Source of the DNA: Bacteroidales bacterium
GTDB taxonomy: Bacteria > Bacteroidota > Bacteroidia > Bacteroidales > P3
DNA length: 64,000 nt
Assembly (NCBI GenBank): GCA_017449525.1
Contig: JAFTFL010000008.1
Span: 1,864 to 65,863 of the forward strand
Reading direction: 5' to 3'
Shown here: in pieces, positions 57,634 through 64,000 of the stretch
How positions within the stretch are numbered: the first letter of the stretch is position 1
How the letters are laid out: the number at the start of each line of letters is the position of its first letter
The notes under the pieces: generated by a model
Told to the model about the DNA's origin: nothing
The model's input: the letters and a program-made list of their open reading frames with translations, nothing else
The model's database searches: none
Made by a program: the position numbers and the translations under genes

Positions 57634-58322
57634 ATAGTAAGCAATACCCTTTTACAGCACCTATGTATGAGTACAATCCGATACACACTCCTCGCCCTTT
57701 GCCCATAGCACTACTCTTTAGCTGCATACCCCCCCCCTCGCGCAAAGAAGGTCGCTACGCGGTAACCGAAAACAACAGGGGCACTTACGTTAGCACACAA
57801 TTCTAAAAAGATTCCATAGGTGGAGACCTGGTGCGCATGCTCATTTTAGCTGCCTTAGACGTGCCGGCCGACCCGACGGAAGAAACATATTAGGCAACAG
57901 CCCACACATCACCATGCAATATGACACCGACACGATAAGCGAAATACCCCATCATCGCCAACGAGCAGCAAGCTATCACCAAGAGCCAAGATGACCTCGT
58001 CATACAACCCACCGCCCAGAACGAGAGTACCGTATGGTTTGATGGCTATCAAGTGATGCACCTCCGCCGTACGCCATAAAAGACCTTAAGGACATTATTT
58101 AAAGAGTAGTGGACGCAGCAGGCTCCCGATCTTCTCCCCAAAAACGGCGCAAAAGCACTCGCCAAAACGGGCATTTATGCCCGTATTTAACCCAAGAGAA
58201 GCTTCACAACAGGTAGAAGATGTATTGAGCAGAATTATCTGCAATGGCCAAAAATACAGTTCGTACGCCAATACATAGTTCCCCGTTATTGAAAAAAAAT
58301 TGGCTGTATCGAAAACTCTTCG

Positions 58323-58330
58323 TACCTTTG
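58323..58330 (+). promoter_or_regulatory. -7 promoter box TACCTTTG for the tRNA cluster
   Basis: CGTACCTTTGCA lies 64 nt upstream of tRNA-Ser. Confidence 0.65.
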
Positions 58331-58393
58331 CACTCGATTTCGCTGGCAGGGCGAAAGGTGCAGCCCAAATGGTTGCATAGTTGAAATCGACAC

Positions 58394-58481
58394 GGAGAGG
58401 TGGGTGAGTGGCTGAAACCAACAGTTTGCTAAACTGTCGTACTCGATTAGGGTACCGGGGGTTCGAATCCCCCCTTCTCCG
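58394..58481 (+). tRNA. tRNA-Ser (anticodon GCT)
   Basis: Acceptor GGAGAGG/CTTCTCC, anticodon loop TTGCTAA, long variable arm and T-loop GGTTCGAATCC. Confidence 0.9.
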
Positions 58482-58506
58482 CAATAAGTGGCAAGGGAGT
58501 AAGACT

Positions 58507-58581
58507 CGGGATATGGCGTAGTCCGGTTATCGCGCCTGCTTTGGGAGCAGGAGATCGCAAGTTCGAATCTTGCTATCCCGA
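58507..58581 (+). tRNA. tRNA-Pro (anticodon TGG)
   Basis: Acceptor CGGGATA/TATCCCG, anticodon stem CCTGC/GCAGG with loop TTTGGGA, and T-loop GTTCGAATC. Confidence 0.9.
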
Positions 58582-58588
58582 CAGAAAG

Positions 58589-58619
58589 GGAAGCTTACTT
58601 CGGTAGGCTTCCTTTTTTT
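58589..58619 (+). terminator. Hairpin terminator with UUCG tetraloop and T7 tail
   Basis: GGAAGCTTAC-TTCG-GTAGGCTTCC followed by TTTTTTT. Confidence 0.75.
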
Positions 58620-58621
58620 GC

Positions 58622-58695
58622 GGCTCTGTAGCTCAGCTGGATAGAGCAACTGCCTTCTAAGCAGTAGGTCCTGCGTTCGAATCGCAGCAGAGTCA
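58622..58695 (+). tRNA. tRNA-Arg (anticodon TCT)
   Basis: Acceptor GGCTCTG/CAGAGTC, D-arm GCTCAGCTGGATAGAGC, anticodon loop CTTCTAA and T-arm CTGCGTTCGAATCGCAG. Confidence 0.9.
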
Positions 58696-59123
58696 CTTAG
58701 CAAGGGCTTGTTTTCCACGTCGTAAGACATTGAAGCGTATGGCAATTGGTTCGCGCGTCCGCGAGGCGTGCCGTTGTCTCGTGCGGCCTTGTGACCAATG
58801 GCGTTTGGAACAAGGGGATAATAAGAGGGGACTCCTTAGGTAGAAGCCCCCTCTTATTGTTTGCATTCAGCTCAGAAAACACTCTAAAATCTCTGAGAAA
58901 CAATCTTCTCTTGCGTAGTGATTTATCCTTGTTTTGCCCAGGAGTTATTTCTGTTTTGCATGGAAGATTATCCTCGTTTTGCCTGAGAGTATACACTTAT
59001 TTGTCTGAGAAGTTGCTCTTAGTCCATGCGGAAGAGTATCTTTATCCTATATCTGGAAAGTGTTTGTTTTCAGATAGTATAGTGAGTTGGACTGATGAAC
59101 GCCTGGCGTGGATGCAGGGGTGA

Positions 59124-59830
59124 TTATTTGGCATACTCGCAGTGGAGGCGGTACTCGGTCGCTTCGCTATCTTCATCGGCCTCAACGTTGGTCCGCATGA
59201 TGGGCCAGTCGCCGTCGTACGTACAACTATAGGTGTCGGAGCTATGGCGGTCAGCTTCCGTCCAACTTTCGGGCAGCACGTTGTTCTTGAATAGGCAGGT
59301 GGCGGTTATTTGGGCCTCGTCCAACGTCCACAGGTAGTGCTGAGGATTGTTCTTGCTGTCATAGGTGTAGGCCGTTGAGTAGCTGTAGTCATCCTCGATG
59401 TAGACTATGCTGGATATGTTGTCTTCCTACCAAGTAGATGTGGCTGTGGCCACGAGGGTCGTGTCGCCATTCTTGAGCAGGGGCTGTTTTTTTGAGGTGA
59501 CTGCTGGCATGTGGGGCATGGCTGCTGGTGGAAGCTCGTAGGAGAGCATGCGCTGTGTGCGCTTGAGGGAAAGTCTGGCAGCCTCCTCAACTTCGTTCGA
59601 CTCGTACCAGTCCATATTCGAAATTCATTCTCTTTCGTAGCTTTGTTTGGCCGTTATGAAGTGATCCTCCCCGTCATACAGTTCTATCTCTTTCAGCTGT
59701 TCTCCCTCGTATTTCAGCAGGAAGCGGTGGTCTCTGCCCTCGTCCGATTTCGCTTCAACCCTACTCAGCCGATTGTTGTCGTAGACAAAACTGGTGGTGT
59801 GGTGCTTCTCATTGTTCTTATAACAGTCAA
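59124..59830 (-). pseudogene. Decayed gene(s): ORF fragments without start codons and with an in-frame TAG
   Basis: The 59427-59615 ORF and the 59124-59426 open frame share one reading frame, separated only by the TAG at 59427-59429. Upstream, the fragment ...FVYDNNRLSRVEAKSDEGRDHRFLLKYEGEQLKEIELYDGED... (YD-repeat-like) has no ATG. Confidence 0.5.
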
Positions 59831-60170
59831 CTGCGCACCTTTTTTCGGGGTACGGCCGACACTCTATGCTGTGCGGTGTTGTGGTAGTTCGTACGCTTCT
59901 TCAGTGCAGCAGATGTGAATGTAGCACTGCCTCTGTGCTCTTCTTCCCATGCATTTGGCATGGTGGGATGCGAGTTTTGTGCAGTGCCCATCTGCTGCAT
60001 TTTCTGTGCCGTGGGTGTGCATGACTGCGAGTCATACTTCGCCCTGTGGTGCTGCAAAGGTGCTCTTTCCCTCTTGCATAAGAACCCCTCTGGCATCCGT
60101 GCAGCCGCTGTGCCAGTGCTGGATGCGATGGGGAAATTACTGCTGGGATAACTGCAGTAGCCTTGTTTTG

Positions 60171-60218
60171 CTACTTGTCTGCTGTTGTGTAAAACTACTT
60201 GTCTGCCGTTGTGTAAAG
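60171..60218. repeat. 24-bp tandem duplication spanning the stop codon of the 60195-60653 gene
   Basis: CTACTTGTCTGCTGTTGTGTAAAA / CTACTTGTCTGCCGTTGTGTAAAG (22/24 identical). Confidence 0.85.
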
Positions 60219-60653
60219 GTGGGGTGGTGTGCGGTAGGTGATGTTGGGCTGGGTGAAGGTCAAGTCATGGTTCGTGCACTGAAGTCGGTTGTATTTGTAC
60301 CTGTGGTGGTACGCATATTGGTCGAAGCGTCCCTCCATCCCATGCAGAAAAGGTAATCCCAGCCCTGGAATAATACCTGGCACGATTAAGTATACCCAAT
60401 CGCCTGCGTTCCAACGACGCTTGTGATAGTCCAGTGCAAAAGGAACTCCGTTGTGCAATCCGAATTCGAGCGGCTTTCGGAAATTAGCTATATCCAGATC
60501 GATATGGTCGGAGGATTTTGACTCGTAGTATTCGCTACCGTACAGCACCTTGGCATCTGGTACAGTGCGGATTGTGATATGGGTATAGGTGTGGCACGAT
60601 ACGAGCAGAGTTGCGCACACGGGCAGCAACAGCAGTATAGGTATTCTTCTCAT
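60195..60653 (-). CDS. Lipoprotein, function unknown
   Basis: MRRIPILLLLPVCATLLVSC lipobox. 152 aa, rich in Tyr/His. Confidence 0.65.
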   Translation of the reverse strand: MRRIPILLLLPVCATLLVSCHTYTHITIRTVPDAKVLYGSEYYESKSSDHIDLDIANFRKPLEFGLHNGVPFALDYHKRRWNAGDWVYLIVPGIIPGLGLPFLHGMEGRFDQYAYHHRYKYNRLQCTNHDLTFTQPNITYRTPPHLYTTADK

Positions 60654-60660
60654 GACGGAC

Positions 60661-61482
60661 TTATTGTTTATCGATTGAAAGGGAACTATTGCCCAGCACG
60701 TGTTCAGCCTGTGTTGACGAGTGGATGTAGATGGCCCACCACGGCTCGTTCACGCAGTCGGTTTTCGTGGTCAAGACTTTGCGTAATGCGGCGTTTACGC
60801 GACCATATTCTACTACGGGTACACCGAATGCCGCATTGATGTAGTATGACTGTTCGAACTGGCGGCATGTCTTGCCCCCGTCAACGGAATAGGATATGTA
60901 GAGGCTGAATTTATCGCTGTGTTCAAAGTCATGTTCTGTATATTCTGCTGCAAGAAGTCTATTTAAACTGTTTTCTTGTATTTTAAGAATTGTTACGCTC
61001 TTTGGCAGCTCTACAGTACAGTGTGGAGGTATGTTAATCTGCGGTTGTTCTTGGATGACTGTGGAATATGATTCGGTAGTGCTGTTGACTGTTACCCATG
61101 TTGTGCTGTATTGTCCATAGTACGCACCCGTGGTGAAACCATTTATAGTCCCTGTGCTGCTGGCTGTCGACTCCACGTGTATTGTTGGGTCATAGTACGG
61201 AGTGGAGGCGCCGTCCGTGTTGACTACGAACGATTTTGTTCGGTCGATGGTCATCACCTCGTTCGAGAGGTTGGTTACTCGCACTGAGAAATTGCCCTCC
61301 TTGTCTAAGATAGTCTCCACTTTGATGGTGGCTTGATCGTTCTCGGGATAAGCGTAGAGCTTGCGCACCGATTGGTAATTGACTCCATAGGTCTCCCACA
61401 GCGTGCCGCATGATGCAAGCTGCAATATGGCCGCCACTACGGCGACCACGCACCACAGGCGCGGGCGATAGGTGTGTTTCAT
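60661..61482 (-). CDS. Lipoprotein, function unknown
   Basis: Start set at MKHTYRPRLWCVVAVVAAILQLASC (lipobox). Its stop lies 7 nt from the next gene's start. Confidence 0.7.
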   Translation of the reverse strand: MKHTYRPRLWCVVAVVAAILQLASCGTLWETYGVNYQSVRKLYAYPENDQATIKVETILDKEGNFSVRVTNLSNEVMTIDRTKSFVVNTDGASTPYYDPTIHVESTASSTGTINGFTTGAYYGQYSTTWVTVNSTTESYSTVIQEQPQINIPPHCTVELPKSVTILKIQENSLNRLLAAEYTEHDFEHSDKFSLYISYSVDGGKTCRQFEQSYYINAAFGVPVVEYGRVNAALRKVLTTKTDCVNEPWWAIYIHSSTQAEHVLGNSSLSIDKQ

Positions 61483-61712
61483 TGAAAAGATTTGATTTAC
61501 TGGTTGTATGCTATGGTTGAAGCACATGCAATCCACCCACCCATCATGTCTCGTCGGGCGAGGCTGGGCGGAAGAATGCAAAGAAAGACGGTGTGCTGCT
61601 GCCGCGGTGTGGGCGCTGCGCTCCCCAATGTTGACTACTTGGTAGTGGGGGGGATATATGTTGGTTTGGCAGCGGTGCGGCGTAGCATGTGTTGCTTCTT
61701 TAAACTGGGGTG

Positions 61713-61720
61713 CAAAAGTA
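61713..61720 (-). promoter_or_regulatory. -7 promoter box (TACTTTTG on the minus strand) for the two-lipoprotein operon
   Basis: The plus strand reads GGTGCAAAAGTACG, ~230 nt upstream of the ATG at 61482. Confidence 0.5.
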
Positions 61721-61837
61721 CGAAAAGTTGGCCATACGGCGCGCATGGATGCCATGAAGGGTGCGAGGGTGAGGACGTGGGCAGTGAGTCGGTGCACTGG
61801 TGGCTATCCAGTGGGTGAGGGGAGTGGACAGAAAGAG

Positions 61838-61863
61838 AGCGGCACCTCGGCCGAGGTGCCGCT
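61838..61863 (-). terminator. Perfect 13-bp palindromic hairpin directly after the tmRNA 3' end
   Basis: AGCGGCACCTCGG/CCGAGGTGCCGCT. Confidence 0.7.
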
Positions 61864-61866
61864 CAG

Positions 61867-62257
61867 TGGAGCTGGGCGGAATCGAACCGCCGTCCAAACA
61901 ACTAACAAGAGAGCTTTCTACATGCTTAGTCTGTGGTTGGTTTTCGAGCCTTGCCCGGACACAGACACCCAAGCTCGGCCTTATCTTCTTTGTTGTCGCT
62001 CCGAGGTCGAAGTTCCCTTGGAGTTATCCCATCTTTATTAGCACCTCCTGGTCGATGGCCGACGGGCGTGGTCGTCGGGAGATGTCTTGTCCTCGCCCTC
62101 TTGGCGAGGATTAAGCTAACTTACTAAGCTTCGGTTAGGCAGCAAGAGCGTAGTTGTTTTCGCCAATTATTGTTCTGCATCGGTTTTCAAGGCTGCTGAT
62201 GCGTGAGCCTGCATGCTTACTCACCCATTATCATTGCTGTCAAAACCGGTCAGCCCC
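61867..62257 (-). ncRNA. ssrA: tmRNA (SsrA)
   Basis: The minus strand starts GGGGCTGACCGGTTTTGACAGC and ends GGCGGTTCGATTCCGCCCAGCTCCA, with a G3-U70 pair in the acceptor. The tag reading frame at 62135-62164 encodes GENNYALAA-stop. Confidence 0.95.
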
Positions 62258-62270
62258 TGTGGATGAGCAT

Positions 62271-62302
62271 AAAAAAGGCTCTCGCTGTGGAGAGCCTTTT
62301 TT
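62271..62302. terminator. Bidirectional hairpin flanked by A6 and T6 runs, between tRNA-Asp and tmRNA
   Basis: AAAAAA-GGCTCTC-GCTGTG-GAGAGCC-TTTTTT. Confidence 0.7.
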
Positions 62303-62307
62303 GCGTT

Positions 62308-62385
62308 TGGCGGTCCGGACGAGACTCGAACTCGCGACCCCATGCGTGACAGGCATGTATTCTAACCAAACTGAACTACCGAACC
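62308..62385 (-). tRNA. tRNA-Asp (anticodon GTC), CCA encoded
   Basis: The minus strand reads GGTTCGGTAGTTCAGTTTGGTTAGAATACATGCCTGTCACGCATGGGGTCGCGAGTTCGAGTCTCGTCCGGACCGCCA. Confidence 0.9.
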
Positions 62386-62437
62386 GTTTCTTTTCTGCAA
62401 CATTGCAAAGAACTCTTCTTCTCTCTGTTGACGGTTG

Positions 62438-62445
62438 CAAAGGTA
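62438..62445 (-). promoter_or_regulatory. -7 promoter box (TACCTTTG on the minus strand) for tRNA-Asp (and probably tmRNA)
   Basis: The plus strand reads GTTGCAAAGGTACG, 53 nt upstream of the tRNA 5' end. Confidence 0.65.
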
Positions 62446-62707
62446 CGTCTTTTCTCCGATACTGGCAAAAATATTTTCTTTCTTTTCGCTTGCAGTATCT
62501 ATAACCTACTGATGTTTAGTGTAGATGTGTGGTGCGAAAATTTTCGTGCAGTAGCGGCATGGCGTGTCTCTTCAAGGCTTTTTGCAGCGGCTGCTGTGGC
62601 GAAATGGGCTCTGTGCAGTGCGGTTGTGCACCGGTGCTTGTTTAGTGTGCTGTATGTGCGACTGTTGCACATGTTTTGGCGCTGCTGCAGGGCGTAGGGG
62701 CACGATG

Positions 62708-63712
62708 TCAATGGCGGTAGCCTATGGCGTGGCGCACTTCGTCGAGGGTTCGTCGGGCGCTCTCGTGTGCTTTTTCAGCGCCCTGCTGCATGACGCGCTG
62801 CAGGTAGTCGTCGTCGGCACTGAGTTGGGCTATGCGCTCGCGGAACGGCTCGGTGAAGGCCACCATGTCTTCGGCCAGCTGCTTTTTGAAGTCGCCGTAG
62901 CGTATTTGGCAGCGGTTGTAGAGGTCGTCGTAGTAGGCCACTTCGTCCTCGGTGCCCACGGCGCGCATCAGGGTGAAGAGGTTTTCTATCTCCACGGGCT
63001 TGGTCTGGTTGGGTTCCGACGGTCCGCTGTCGGTCTTGGCCTTCATGATTTTCTTGCGTATAGATGCAGGATCTTCGCCGAGAAAGATAGCGTTGCCTTC
63101 GCCTTCGCTCTTGCCCATCTTGCCGCTACCGTCAAGGCCGGGAATCTTCACCAGCGAGTCGCCGAAGCTGAAGGCCACCGGCAGGGGGAACGCTTCGGTG
63201 CCATACATGTTGTTGAAGCGCTGGGCGAAGGTGCGAGTCATCTCGAGGTGCTGCTCTTGGTCCTTGCCGACAGGCACGCGGGCGGCCTTGTGTATGAGGA
63301 TGTCGGCTGCCATGAGGGTGGGGTAGGTGAGTAGGCCTGCGTTGACGTTGTTGGGGTTTTGGCGCACCTTGTCTTTAAAGGAGGTAACGCGCTCCAGTTC
63401 GCCGAGGTAGGCGTTCATGTTGAGGAAGAGGTAGAGTTCGGCTGTCTCGGGCAGGTCGCTCTGCAGGTAGATGGTGGCTCGGTCGGGGTCGAGGCCAGCG
63501 GCCAGATACTCAATGAGGATGGTGCGGGCGCTGCGGTAGATGTTGCCAGGCGTAGGGTGGGTGGTCAGCGAGTGGTAGTCGGCTATGAAGAAGAAGCAAC
63601 GATAGGTGTCCTGCATCTTCACGAAGTTGCGCACTGCGCCGAAGTAGTTGCCGAGGTGCAGGTTGCCAGTGGGGCGCACTCCGCTGCACACGATGTTGTT
63701 TTCGTTCGTCAT
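62708..63712 (-). CDS. trpS: Tryptophan--tRNA ligase
   Basis: Contains SGVRPTGNLHLGNYFG and KMGKSEG (KMSKS). 334 aa. Confidence 0.95.
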   Translation of the reverse strand: MTNENNIVCSGVRPTGNLHLGNYFGAVRNFVKMQDTYRCFFFIADYHSLTTHPTPGNIYRSARTILIEYLAAGLDPDRATIYLQSDLPETAELYLFLNMNAYLGELERVTSFKDKVRQNPNNVNAGLLTYPTLMAADILIHKAARVPVGKDQEQHLEMTRTFAQRFNNMYGTEAFPLPVAFSFGDSLVKIPGLDGSGKMGKSEGEGNAIFLGEDPASIRKKIMKAKTDSGPSEPNQTKPVEIENLFTLMRAVGTEDEVAYYDDLYNRCQIRYGDFKKQLAEDMVAFTEPFRERIAQLSADDDYLQRVMQQGAEKAHESARRTLDEVRHAIGYRH

Positions 63713-64000
63713 CTTTGCTATATTGTTGTGGCTGTGGCTGTGGTTGGTTTGGGCAGTGGACTGATGTCCACGCTGTTGCTACAACGGCCACGGCTTCGTT
63801 GGCAGATGCAAGTTTACGAAGAAATGTTGATACTCTGCGCGTCTGCTGCAGTTTGGCTCGCCTCGGTGGGGTGCGACGGTGGGTGCGGAGCCTCATTTTT
63901 GCGTGTGCTGTGCTGCATAGGGTTGGATGGTGGTGCGGCGCGAGGTGCCGTACGGGACAAAATGAGGGGTGCTGTGCGGCGCTTTGAAACGGCTTTTGGT

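Noticed and set aside
58095-58745. 129-aa and 72-aa minus-strand ORFs
   Set aside because: They run straight through tRNA-Ser, tRNA-Pro and tRNA-Arg.
61658-62504. Multiple 60-127-aa ORFs on both strands
   Set aside because: They overlie the tmRNA and tRNA-Asp genes.
62564-63334. 256-aa plus-strand ORF antisense to trpS
   Set aside because: It is an antisense shadow. The minus strand has TrpRS HIGH/KMSKS motifs.

Overview
This is a 64 kb chromosomal segment from a high-GC Bacteroidota genome, most likely Bacteroidales/Prevotellaceae. That placement rests on TAnnTTTG -7 promoter boxes, T9SS C-terminal sorting domains, many lipobox signal peptides and a tmRNA encoding the tag GENNYALAA. I can support about 46 protein-coding genes, 4 tRNAs (Ser-GCT, Pro-TGG, Arg-TCT, Asp-GTC), one tmRNA, three pseudogene/decay zones, about 15 promoter boxes and about a dozen hairpin terminators. 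Most genes are housekeeping: rnfA, cobB, nrdJ, dut, clpP, trmD, lptE, lptB, kpsF, gpmA, lgt, rny, zapA, ribBA, recQ, cysS and trpS. The accessory content falls into five groups. (i) The best candidate for an undescribed system is a tightly packed minus-strand operon at 5.3-14.5 kb. It encodes only secreted proteins of unknown function: two LPP20-like proteins, a transglutaminase-like Cys-His-Asp fold protein and two PEGA-repeat proteins that share an N-terminal module, followed by a decayed FGE/SUMF1-like gene. (ii) A 5 kb T9SS cargo gene carries three tandem ~262-aa modules. (iii) Three copies of a non-coding element each consist of a strong promoter box followed by four GTACGGC-core palindromes at conserved spacing. 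(iv) A 90-bp tandem repeat lies 3' of nrdJ. (v) There are two AT-rich islets and a gene-decay island between tRNA-Arg and tmRNA. I saw no CRISPR array, transposase, integrase or recognisable phage-defence gene. All functional calls come from reading motifs in the supplied translations; no database search was run.
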